From an uncultured bacterium (GTDB lineage: Bacteria; Bacillota; Clostridia; Christensenellales; Borkfalkiaceae), in assembly GCA_949746255.1 (NCBI GenBank), contig CATKAP010000212.1, positions 1,689 to 65,688 of the forward strand: a DNA stretch of 64,000 nucleotides, read 5' to 3'. This document shows, piece after piece, positions 57,801-63,743 of this stretch. Both the position numbers and the translations under genes were made by a program. The notes below the pieces were generated by a model. The model ran no database searches. It was not told the DNA's origin and saw nothing but the letters and a program-made list of their open reading frames with translations. Position 1 is the stretch's first letter, and every line of letters begins with the position of its first letter.

Positions 57801-60562
57801 AATCCGCCGCCGTTATAAGCGGCGCCTCCGGAAACTTTACCCGAATACATTTTTACGTCCGATTGTAAAAAGTAACCGGCGCCGCCCCAACTTGACTCTC
57901 CGCTCAAACGGTTATTCAAAAACTGTCCGCCGTTTATAACGATTTCGGAATTATACGACGCGTTTATACCGCCGCCGCGCCTTACGGATTTATTATCCGA
58001 AATATAACCGCTGTTAAATGTAAATTTTGAAGTCAGCGCCGACGAGCTGGGCGTAGCCGAAACCGTAGGCGATTTTACAATGGTATCAAACGATTGCTGT
58101 CCGGTAACGAATATACCGCCGCCGCCCGAATAGCTTACGCTGCCGGTAGTTTCTTCCACGCTGTCAACGGAAATATTTCCCGTAATTCTACCGCCGGAAA
58201 GAACGAGTTCGCCTCCTCTTTCCACGCGAACGCCGCCGCCCGCGCCCTTATTGTAACCGCCCGTAATACTGCCCGATTCACCTGTGGTTCTGTCGACTAT
58301 TTCAAGTTTACCGCCGTCTATTACGATAACGTTACCCTTGGATTGAGGCACGGACAAATTACGGTCTATTTTTCTGCCGTTTAATCTTATTATTATATTT
58401 GCCTTTTCGGGCACTAAAAGTCTGCCGCTGTCAAAACCGACGCCCTCGCCGAAGGAGGTTCCGAAGGTTTCGTGCGGGCGCGCATACCAATTTTCGGGAA
58501 GAAGGAATTCAACGGGAGTAACGCCGTTGTTATCCAAACTTTCCTGAACCGCCGAATTCCAGAGTTCGGCTAAATCGAGCACGGGTTCTTCCCCCTCCGC
58601 TCTCGTCAAATTGAAGTGAATCGCCGGACGAACAGCCGCCGCCGTGCTGGTTCCAACGCCGTTTACCAAACTTCCCGCCGAATTAATTCTGTAGTTTCTT
58701 GCCGGATTTGCGCTGTAACCCGAACGCGTAGCGGAATAAAGGTTGTAAGTATTCCCGCGCATTGCGGCAGTCGCATTCCAAATTCCTCCGGCGCCTTCGT
58801 GCCCGCCCGTTTCCGAAACAGAAGGGAGCCAGATTAAGTCGTCCGACCAATCGGTATAACCAGGTTTGCCGGTATAATTCATATTTATTTCGCCGTTTAC
58901 ATACCAACCGCCTTGAGAAGGCACGCCGTAGGCTTCGTTGGGAGCAAGGAAAGAAAATGCGTTTGTTTCAACCGTGCTTTCGTTCGCCTGCCATGAAATT
59001 TGCGAAGGCGCGACAAAATAATTACCGAAATTCGAGGTAAACTTCTGCCACATATAAGAAGGCGCGCCGCTTGAAAGTTCGCTTGCGCCTTCGGTAGCCG
59101 CGTACTGCGTACCAGTAAGCTGATTTCTTGCGTAACTCGAAGAATACATGTTTGCGGGATAAGCGTAAGAACTCTTTTCAGAAGTCCATTTATTAAACTG
59201 AACGCCGTTCTGATTGTATGCGTTGGTAACGTCCGAAAGCCAAAGCGTGGCAATCACGTTGCCCGTTTTATCTTTGGATAAATAAGTTACGTACCAGGTA
59301 AGTCCGCCGAGAGTAACTTTTACGTCGTTACCGCCGTTGTTGGCGCGTATATCGGCGGAAGATAAAACTCCGTTTGCGGCTTTGCCCAAAGTTTCTTTAA
59401 GCGATTCGTAAGAATTGCCCGCCGTGCCTGCGTTAACCGCCGCATATAATGCGTTTAACGTGGTTTCGTTAACTTGTTTGGTGTTTCCGTCCACAAGCTC
59501 GCCGACGGCGTTTGCACTGTTGTATACACTTTTTAAATTGAGGTGGAACGCCGGACGAACGCTTCTTGACGAAGCAACGGTATCGACACCTACACCGACA
59601 CCGACTTCACCCGTAGAACTATTCACAAAATATACGCCCGTAGTTGTAGCCGTTCTCGTAGTTCTGGTCCAACAATCCGACGATCCCTGACGCATCGCCG
59701 TAGTTGTAGCCCATATACCGGACTTGCCGCCTATACTGCCCAACTCTGAAGCGGAGGGCACCCACAGTTGATCATATTTCCAATCTGCATAACCTTCTTT
59801 AGGGTTTGCCGTAAGATAATCCGAAGTTAATTGCGACTCGCCTACCCCCGTTGAGGGTACGCCGTAACATTCGTTGGGAGCGAATGCAGTCCAGCCGCCG
59901 TTATAAACCGCACCCGATTCCGTTTCCTGATACGCGACGTCCGCGGGGGTAACTATATATGCGCCGTAATTATCGCGCAGAGTTTGCCAAACGTTTGCGG
60001 CAGATCCCTGACTGAGATATCCGTTGCCCGCTTCCTTGACGTACGGCGTACCCATAAGCTGACTTCTTACAAAGCTTGAAGAATACATATTGGAAGGATA
60101 CGCAAAATCCGTGCCCTGTTGCGCCCATTTACTCCATTGCACGGAATTTTGTCCGTCGTCGGTTATGGTATCCGCAAGCCAGAGCGTTGCAATAACATTG
60201 TCGTTTCTGTCGCGGGAAACATACGCGATGTTCCAGGTAAGTCCGCCAAGCGAAATATTTGTTTGATTGGCGCCCGAAGCGAAATACGTTGAGTTACGAA
60301 CGTTTGTGCCGAGCGCGGTGCTCATCTGGTCGTATGTAGTAACGGTATTATTACCCGCTATTCTTCGCATAAGCGTTTGTACGTCGGTTGCGTTTGCGCG
60401 CGTAATACCCGCGGAACCGAAGTTGAGACGGGTGCCGCCGACAGAAGTTGCGTTTGCAGGAAAAGTTAAACTTGCCAACGCAATAATAAAACAGCATAAA
60501 AAACTCGCCAACAATGTAAATATTGCGGAAAGCCGAATTTTATTCGTCGAGTTTTTAATCAT
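48815..60562 (-). CDS. Giant cell-surface repeat protein D (3915 aa), putative adhesin with two head modules
   Basis: The ORF track starts at TTG 60598, inside a terminator U-tract. ATG 60562 has GAGGTG 6 nt upstream. After the signal (LSAIFTLLASFLCCFIIALASLTFPANA) come two head modules ending RPAFHLNL and RPAIHFNL. The adaptor is IIIRLNGRKIDRNL. About 650 aa of beta-helix-like repeats follow, then about 2500 aa of Ig/MBG-like modules. The C-terminal TM helix is WLLWVLIAAGALLLILIIIILVLA, followed by an acidic tail. Confidence 0.95.
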   Translation of the reverse strand: MIKNSTNKIRLSAIFTLLASFLCCFIIALASLTFPANATSVGGTRLNFGSAGITRANATDVQTLMRRIAGNNTVTTYDQMSTALGTNVRNSTYFASGANQTNISLGGLTWNIAYVSRDRNDNVIATLWLADTITDDGQNSVQWSKWAQQGTDFAYPSNMYSSSFVRSQLMGTPYVKEAGNGYLSQGSAANVWQTLRDNYGAYIVTPADVAYQETESGAVYNGGWTAFAPNECYGVPSTGVGESQLTSDYLTANPKEGYADWKYDQLWVPSASELGSIGGKSGIWATTTAMRQGSSDCWTRTTRTATTTGVYFVNSSTGEVGVGVGVDTVASSRSVRPAFHLNLKSVYNSANAVGELVDGNTKQVNETTLNALYAAVNAGTAGNSYESLKETLGKAANGVLSSADIRANNGGNDVKVTLGGLTWYVTYLSKDKTGNVIATLWLSDVTNAYNQNGVQFNKWTSEKSSYAYPANMYSSSYARNQLTGTQYAATEGASELSSGAPSYMWQKFTSNFGNYFVAPSQISWQANESTVETNAFSFLAPNEAYGVPSQGGWYVNGEINMNYTGKPGYTDWSDDLIWLPSVSETGGHEGAGGIWNATAAMRGNTYNLYSATRSGYSANPARNYRINSAGSLVNGVGTSTAAAVRPAIHFNLTRAEGEEPVLDLAELWNSAVQESLDNNGVTPVEFLLPENWYARPHETFGTSFGEGVGFDSGRLLVPEKANIIIRLNGRKIDRNLSVPQSKGNVIVIDGGKLEIVDRTTGESGSITGGYNKGAGGGVRVERGGELVLSGGRITGNISVDSVEETTGSVSYSGGGGIFVTGQQSFDTIVKSPTVSATPSSSALTSKFTFNSGYISDNKSVRRGGGINASYNSEIVINGGQFLNNRLSGESSWGGAGYFLQSDVKMYSGKVSGGAAYNGGGFYINTNSVFNMYGGEFSGNTSSGVGGGVSVFQAEMNMYGGTVKENSSDNGGGICVQGGSLSAPSANDGASFYIDNGIVTRNYASTNGGGIYFFNLMGADKDGSAVIDGGVIRDNEAGARGGGIYVGTLSNVEISDIEITGNSAGTNGGAFYIYHSEVVINGGKFNNNSAEASGGAGYINNGLLEINYGEFLNNTSGNTGGALYALYAEVTQMYRSDCTVILNDGKISGNTTVNYGGGIFVYNNVNLTLRGGEISKNTARTGGGVCVSSGGTFEMRGGKIDGNKAESGGGLHLSGSTGTIWDGTISNNHIEGYDEAANKRVFGGGVYISNSGSLVFNDGLITGNYTDDSGSAIVIDNTASCTMNGGLITENVAERWSGGVGVVGEFTMNGGTISKNIAKVHGGAGVNVDGTFTMYGGRVIENKSGAITGGGVRIAGAGRMNLAGGIIARNVTLNGDSNNTYVSEGSPINIIGKLRGDGNTTYIGITNVSMLNKAFTTGYKTHNPSISPLTYFFSDNTAYRITQNSAGEAVLSTADSVERRTLIWEYSTDGGATWHDINTTYFSVPFIGADYTVRGRYNNTVVISAPTSSSLSDAVSLPSEFSAIGSYGYTVENTAGATVIYANPTLIFEIIKVTLEWQYSTDNGATWQDVKDTVIYYTGKEYKFRAMNPVSGTAVALKNDLTLKNVGKSVLEIADSVAANYENGVLEFEILRRTLSFVWDFDGSSGIKDGAYYWNYDAVSHSPVFVVNGIDDNELVGNIGLEAYYTIAGTDQILSGVPVNAGRYTVHVRFSDDSPFHGDDGIVFVNEEQTYYINPLIITAGWRDETDAPVNEVSYIFNGSNRSVSARLYGLRSGDNVEPVIEYYLNGKKLSSEPVNVGIYTARVSLPENCVNYVLGDNYSCQMDIVKMTVTPAFAGNANNNNQFVWTFSGSAQAPVVTLLGANSAEIPFTVKYAEVLGDGMFGEWLDEKPVNAANYVVRVFITDQNYSLSGSDRQFRIAPMGVTVSWSGRTENVEGVNGTRGESGAIEWTYDGLGHYLTATARPVSQIIIDGSTVSLDLDVTGEIINEAGTENATASLKTEHSVNFYFVDESQCKQAYGINKFVITSVKWERTVDGNVIVNNSSDRPHYVYGTVTGANGPGFSAKATGINNTVITLDEVYYSAQFGDGENWAANSVNGYTAYADIPADIARNYKFADNISSENNHSQTFIIFFIDSITGDKTTITPTWIVYNDDSHTSYKTLAEFGGDKFTFTYDGTSHKIYAVYIESGAIVEELDVVYDGEGVDAGAYNARLLPSDKYDYSGKRDCAFEVLKRKIVITWTQGKFYYDKTEKKPVASVSYYVDGGEGEAVPAATVGLTVQGAVNAGPHTAMASVNANYEIVSGATFDFEIGRVSFGADDIDWEENATFVYDGNQHAPKATFKSPYDGDLTLKVIGSSSVGTHWAIAALDDSNLLHNNYYIRNPEDATCEFKIVRVTVTDVKWSYEENGDDITDNNPAVYTYNGKVQGPVAYFIDNEGVRHNLEVNGRMTNAGSYVVYVTADYDFGSKVPSMSFVINPRQLSVVWNNTLVDYTGSAQSPKVTFNDLLTGDPVTDDFAGQYTLSSYTNAGVYNAQLHLTNGNYTFVNGSGVSNTLIHEFTISKLVVSEAGGLGWSSTVSWVYDGAEHAPELGFKDGYTYLLGTDEVEFTFGYNGVTSYAGSHTVTAYILSAMWNGRDIAENFIIADAISSRGYTITSRPVTVDWDWTGAEKDGDVHFWYYNGTAQGPAAYMLDDDGNRITDGTNPISLTVFGKGINVLDQGYTVTVNAPENYVFVIDGDEATVATAHYYIRKANITVVWAADGVENEDYTIENGVFVWTYDGNEHAPKAYIYDADKPDNLGAQLMVTGGAVNAQTSAYTAYAAQNNGNYTIVSGASQQFIIRELPVYILWYGNNGSLTDFEWEYDANNTDGFKPDAYLAVKDENGDLVRLRVDGEYVKLTVTGAMSQVCQGDETYTATAVDLVPNYTFAADAQVEQEFKIVPMVLTSFTWNANGATAELVDGIWVYTFVYDGTLLQPLPQTSYPFEFVTTVKRVNSDGTLGDVVLASIDAGTYQLETAPQDGNYAVPAGSAVVRVVITPREAQVQWSGSEFVYNGLPQAPEAYYTDVNGEKIVLNVTVTGEHVNAGKSYSAKAEFKETGVTNYTLTSATKTYAITQREIPVSWTWSSEWNNKTVEYDGKEHAPVPVPSLGNAFADDVANGNLTITYSIALKGGATLSGLTAKNAGEYVVKNVLGGAKAGNYKLKNGEETFTISRKALTVTSDALTIPYGSPVPVYTATFSGFVAGEEQEFDLNNPAISANWISCVYTSRTVPGQYPIKLNKQWLENKLSNYSLTLQEVLLTVEAVSRTVIWQGKLENDFGAEYDGVAYKPTAFYYNDGSSTPIPLNVVYASYDETTGEYTRITDPSYAAIEAGTYYALAVDANGTVQLQNAGVMFRIHKRKITVNISSVDGDIFGKVYKRVYETGDEVVVSKYLVWNYADKQPVLRHDLEIELSCEFLFDEYGFAHAGKYMISGSWNSEDFGNNYEVIFAGEGEDADGNNVYGVYEIVKAEISINKRDDIMSEDEFFLGHVSVGNPWYIRLGETSEVDGLRKYTFIGHNGYQGADIVNVYYSDLVYNLTTETVPDPSDEAANAYQSVRRGISKVGRYAINYKIEIPNHETLYGTWRVLILPEDQVARIIFSKDFEIEYGKNVPENFATYLLDEGYITVETIGVDEYRHYATAYVSDGKGNRVNSFTGVGRYTIEVEINMPAGSTTEYHISYHAINQLDDTNVGRYVITPKKLVVEWGVEASYDYQAGVIHMPSPNVFGWVTANTLNIGAEQIKTKGTGTEYEYSAFRIMDNGQEVTILVAASGNFTDEGGHTLRMYVENSNYEISDTNDVTVVTIIDRTEIPPTLTEGLPGWLLWVLIAAGALLLILIIIILVLASRRNKGGLTIFGGYDEGFGDDTDEYSDDLGDGE
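56400..58360 (-). other. Beta-helix / Pmp-like repeat region of protein D (approximate limits)
   Basis: The repeats read GGGVRVERGGELVLSGGRITGN, GGGINASYNSEIVINGGQFLNN, GGGIYVGTLSNVEISDIEITGN, GGGVCVSSGGTFEMRGGKIDGN and so on. Confidence 0.6.
58608..60430 (-). other. Two tandem head modules of protein D (DUF6273-like; approximate limits)
   Basis: The module ends lie at about 59527-59550 and 58608-58632. The landmarks are LGGLTWN(I/V), TLWL(A/S)D, Q(W/F)(S/N)KW, YP(S/A)NMYSSS(F/Y)(V/A)R(S/N)QL and LW(V/L)PS.SE(L/T)G. Confidence 0.6.
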
Positions 60563-60584
60563 AATACACACCTCTACTAAGTGA

Positions 60585-60614
60585 ATTATAAAACGCAAAA
60601 ACGCGCGTCCGCAA
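60585..60614 (-). promoter_or_regulatory. Possible proximal promoter of gene D overlapping the proximal terminator
   Basis: On the minus strand I read TTGCGG (60614-60609), an 18-bp spacer and a perfect TATAAT (60590-60585). This would give a leader of about 16 nt containing the SD. The -35 is weak, and this is an alternative to the distal promoter. Confidence 0.35.
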
Positions 60615-60625
60615 AGGACGCGCGT
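60586..60625 (-). terminator. Intrinsic terminator 24 nt upstream of the gene D start codon (proximal of two)
   Basis: On the minus strand the 10-bp GC-rich stem is ACGCGCGTCC, loop TTTGC, then GGACGCGCGT (60625-60601). TTTTGCGTTTT follows. Confidence 0.75.
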
Positions 60626-60628
60626 AAC

Positions 60629-60656
60629 AAAAAAGCGGTACCCTTACGGATACCAC
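60629..60656 (-). terminator. Intrinsic terminator (distal of two) upstream of gene D
   Basis: On the minus strand the 9-bp stem is GTGGTATCC, loop GTAA, then GGGTACCGC (60656-60635, with two G-U pairs). TTTTTT (60634-60629) follows directly. Confidence 0.7.
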
Positions 60657-60827
60657 AAAATTTCAACGTTAAAACTACCCCGATAACAAGTTCGCCGAAA
60701 ATACACCTCGGCGATATTGCCTCAGTGTTAAGCCGCGAATTACACGGGAATAACCGATGTTTTCCGCCAGTAAAAAGAACGGATACTTACCGATTATAAA
60801 AATATTGTGAAATAATGTGGTAGTTAA

Positions 60828-60856
60828 AGTATATCACACGTTTTTTGATATTACAA
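60828..60856 (-). promoter_or_regulatory. Extended -10 promoter about 260 nt upstream of the gene D start
   Basis: On the minus strand I read TTGTAA (60856-60851), a 17-bp spacer whose last three bases are TGA, and TATACT (60833-60828). Together these form a TGnTATACT extended -10. Confidence 0.55.
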
Positions 60857-60945
60857 CCTTTTGCAATTAATTAAAATGAAAAATTACATGAAAATTTTTA
60901 CTTTTTTCCCTTTTTACGTCAAAATATGCGCCTTTTATCGTAAGA

Positions 60946-60979
60946 CAAGCCCCCGTAAAACACATTTTGCGGGGACTTG
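60946..60979 (-). terminator. Possible terminator or stem-loop downstream of the HAD gene
   Basis: This is a 15-bp stem with one mismatch and one G-U pair (CAAGCCCCCGTAAAA paired with TTTTGCGGGGACTTG) and a 4-nt loop. It lies 79 nt downstream of the stop at 61058. No clear U-tract follows on the minus strand. Confidence 0.35.
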
Positions 60980-61057
60980 TTAAAATAATTTATTACATTA
61001 TTCGGCAAACATTGCGTGCTTTTTAAACGGCATTTTAACTTACGTTTCGGTATATAA

Positions 61058-61531
61058 TTAAGTTTTATTCAAAATTGCCACGGCGTTAATAACGTGTTCT
61101 TCCTCCAGCCCCCTTCCCAAATTAGGGTTGGTTTTTACAAAGTTTACGGAAAGTTCCGCCCAGGCGTAACGGTAGTCGTCGATTATAACAAAACTTTCAA
61201 CGTCTTCTTCCGAGGATTGCAACCAGGCTTTAATTTCGTCCGGTCGGTCATAGTCTATACCCAAATCGGGGGTTTTATCGTAAACTTCTATCCCGAATTT
61301 TTCAAACACTTCGTTTATGTAAATTCCGTCCTCGTCGCACTTTCGGGTTTGCTTATCCCAATGCTTGCGCCAGGTGGAACTTAAAACAATCTTCGCGCCC
61401 GTTTCGTCAACTATCCTTTTTAAAAGCGGAAGCCGCGTTTCGTCGATATTCGTCTGTTCGTCCCAATTCCTTTTCCTGTCGTATATGCGGGAATTCAGCA
61501 CACCGTCTATATCCAAAAAAATTACTTTCAT
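61058..61531 (-). CDS. Small HAD-superfamily phosphatase-like protein (157 aa)
   Basis: ATG 61531 has AAGGAGG 5 nt upstream. HAD motif I is IFLDIDGVLN, motif II-like is VLSSTWR and a late acidic motif is FVIIDD. Confidence 0.8.
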   Translation of the reverse strand: MKVIFLDIDGVLNSRIYDRKRNWDEQTNIDETRLPLLKRIVDETGAKIVLSSTWRKHWDKQTRKCDEDGIYINEVFEKFGIEVYDKTPDLGIDYDRPDEIKAWLQSSEEDVESFVIIDDYRYAWAELSVNFVKTNPNLGRGLEEEHVINAVAILNKT

Positions 61532-61650
61532 ATCTTCCTCCTTTTATATACCTCAATATGCCGCAACATTGCCGTTGCAATATATTGATACGGCAAATCT
61601 TAACGGTTTAGTATATGCCGGAAACTTGCGTTTTTCAACTAAAAAGCAAG

Positions 61651-62046
61651 TTAAAATTCTTCAATTATTTTCTTCAATATTTTTTCGTCGGCAGGGCAGA
61701 ATTCGTATTCGGAAATTTCCGAGGGCGTAATCCATTTTATATCGTTATGTTCCAAAAGTTGCGGCTGTCCCCGCGCAATAACGCAGTTAAATAACGTTAA
61801 ACGCACGCATATATCGGGGTATTCGTGAAAAACTTCCATAAAAACATCTTGCGGCGCAACCGTTATTGCAAGTTCTTCCGCACATTCGCGTATGAGTGCC
61901 TGTTCCTTGGTTTCGCCTTTTTCCAACTTGCCGCCGACAAATTCCCACAACAGCCCCCTTGCTTTATTTGCGGGACGCTGACAAATTAAAAACCTGTTTT
62001 TATCGCGTATCAATGCCGCGACTACTTCAACAATCTTTTTATTCAT
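61651..62046 (-). CDS. NUDIX hydrolase, MutT-like (deoxy)nucleoside triphosphate pyrophosphohydrolase (131 aa)
   Basis: ATG 62046 has GGAGG upstream. The Nudix box is GGKLEKGETKEQALIRECAEELAI, preceded by WEFVGG, as in MutT/NudG-type enzymes. Confidence 0.88.
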   Translation of the reverse strand: MNKKIVEVVAALIRDKNRFLICQRPANKARGLLWEFVGGKLEKGETKEQALIRECAEELAITVAPQDVFMEVFHEYPDICVRLTLFNCVIARGQPQLLEHNDIKWITPSEISEYEFCPADEKILKKIIEEF

Positions 62047-62158
62047 TTTCCGCCTCCGTTGCGATATGGGTTTTCGTGCTTTTTCCTATCCAAAATAATA
62101 TTTGCTCCCGCTATATGCTTTGAGTTTTTTCTTTCGCATAAGTTTTTCTTTATTTTTA

Positions 62159-62632
62159 CTATTGAATATTATCCAACAAAAATTCAGACTCTATTATAAG
62201 CATTTTCTTTTTCATGTCGGCAATGACCATATAACCAGATCTATAGTTATATCCGTAATCATAATCGGTCATATCTTTTAACCGCGCTTTATCGTCATTA
62301 TATCCATAACGGCTGTTTGACTTTTTCATCTCCACACAAAAAAGATTGTCAAAACCATAATATTCAGATTGTCCTCTTTTGTGAACTATAAGATCAACGA
62401 CTATTTTTTTATCATGTAAAATTTTTGGCGACTTATCTTTTCCTTTTGCGCCACGATTATATTCAACATCAACTGTATATTCACTAAACCGAGATGTCAT
62501 AAGTGTTTGTTGTATGTAAAGAGCAAGCCTACTACAAATGCAACGCTCGCTTAAATCATTTTCAATCAAATATACATCATTTTCATTGAACATATTTATA
62601 GCCGTTTCTAAGATATTCCTTATTTCCTCCAC
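62159..62632 (-). CDS. Hypothetical protein with a possible PD-(D/E)xK nuclease-fold signature (157 aa)
   Basis: GTG 62632 has AAGGAG 9 nt upstream. The motif context is KIVVDLIVHKRG ... LFCVEMKKS (D ... E-x-K). The gene is AT-rich relative to the rest of the window. The fold assignment is a guess from the motif only. Confidence 0.6.
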   Translation of the reverse strand: MEEIRNILETAINMFNENDVYLIENDLSERCICSRLALYIQQTLMTSRFSEYTVDVEYNRGAKGKDKSPKILHDKKIVVDLIVHKRGQSEYYGFDNLFCVEMKKSNSRYGYNDDKARLKDMTDYDYGYNYRSGYMVIADMKKKMLIIESEFLLDNIQ

Positions 62633-62650
62633 TTTAATGTTCTCCTTAGA

Positions 62651-62917
62651 TTACCTGATAATTTTCAAACATGAACTCGTTATATCCAACCGTGTTAAAA
62701 GTTCATCAAGTTTCACTTTAGTTGAATAACTATATCGAATAGCGTTAATTACCTTTCTAAAATTATCGTCGCCGTATGCTAATACCAACAACTCAACTGT
62801 TCTCTTACAGGTTAAATAATCTGCGCCTTTCATACTAAAACTTAAATTGATTATTTTAAGTAAAGAAATTATATCTGTAATCTTATCGGTAAACTCTAAA
62901 TCTACTCGCTTCAACAA
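62651..62917 (-). CDS. Small hypothetical protein (88 aa with a TTG start)
   Basis: The ORF begins at TTG, with GGTGAT 3 nt upstream. It ends 18 nt before the next gene, which suggests a two-gene unit. I recognise no motif, and the first internal ATG lacks an SD. Confidence 0.4.
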   Translation of the reverse strand: MLKRVDLEFTDKITDIISLLKIINLSFSMKGADYLTCKRTVELLVLAYGDDNFRKVINAIRYSYSTKVKLDELLTRLDITSSCLKIIR

Positions 62918-63176
62918 AAATCACCGATTGACTTTTGTTTATTCGCTACGGAATATCTGCAAATACACTATTCCTAACAATAGATATATCCACTAAAGAA
63001 TTAACATGCTTTTCGCAATATTCTCTTACTTGCTTCGTATAGTTCACTTTTATTGTTCTATGCTTGATGATTATAACATATTATTTGCATAATGAAAAGC
63101 CGACGGCTTCTGTTTCATCAGAAAATGTCGACTTTTTTCGCTTTATTTAGTTGATAAAAATACTGCCTACCTAATC

Positions 63177-63743
63177 CTATTTGTTTACTAATTCAAATTC
63201 TATATTCGCGCGCAAATTCGCAATAATACGATTCCAATCGGGCAAAACCTTTTCCTCCTCGTTATCGACAATCGTTATCTGCAAATAGTCTTCATCAATT
63301 TGTACCTTTTGAAATTCCGAATTATGATATATCCAAAGCGTAGTATCGCATAGAGTTACGGAATCGTTAACTTGCAATAAATTTTTGTTTTCTATGTCTA
63401 CCTGATATTTCAAAAATGAAACGTACTTATTTTGGTAGAGATAATTTATTTGATTTTGCGGCAACGAATGTAATGTTAATTTTATATTATCTTTCGATAA
63501 AGGCAACTTCGAGGCAACTCCGCCAAATTCCGTTCCAGTTATTGCCTTGCTCGTAACAACAGGAAAATACATTGTCACATCTTCTGTTGCACTACAAATT
63601 TTATATTCAACTTTCGGCATAGCCGTTTTAAAGTCATAATTAGTAAATTCGCTTTTATCTATTTCAATCAAATCGTTTCTGCAACCACTTAATAACACAA
63701 TAAAGCACACCACAAAAACAGATATAAATTTTTTATATTTCAT
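63177..63743 (-). CDS. Lipoprotein of unknown function (188 aa)
   Basis: ATG 63743 has GGTGGGAG upstream. The signal peptide carries the lipobox LLSGC (FISVFVVCFIVLLSGCRN). The gene is AT-rich. Confidence 0.8.
   Translation of the reverse strand: MKYKKFISVFVVCFIVLLSGCRNDLIEIDKSEFTNYDFKTAMPKVEYKICSATEDVTMYFPVVTSKAITGTEFGGVASKLPLSKDNIKLTLHSLPQNQINYLYQNKYVSFLKYQVDIENKNLLQVNDSVTLCDTTLWIYHNSEFQKVQIDEDYLQITIVDNEEEKVLPDWNRIIANLRANIEFELVNK

Noticed and set aside
2641-60562. Sortase-dependent (LPXTG) or autotransporter-type anchoring of the giant proteins.
   Set aside because: I saw no LPXTG-like motif followed by a hydrophobic and basic tail, and no C-terminal beta-barrel-like region. The C-termini are single TM helices with charged tails (B, A, D) or soluble (C).
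60626-60827. Assignment of the gene D leader to a known riboswitch class (c-di-GMP-I/II, ykkC, cobalamin and others).
   Set aside because: I could not find the conserved core sequences of those classes by eye, so it is reported only as an unclassified leader or ncRNA candidate. An Infernal/Rfam scan is needed.
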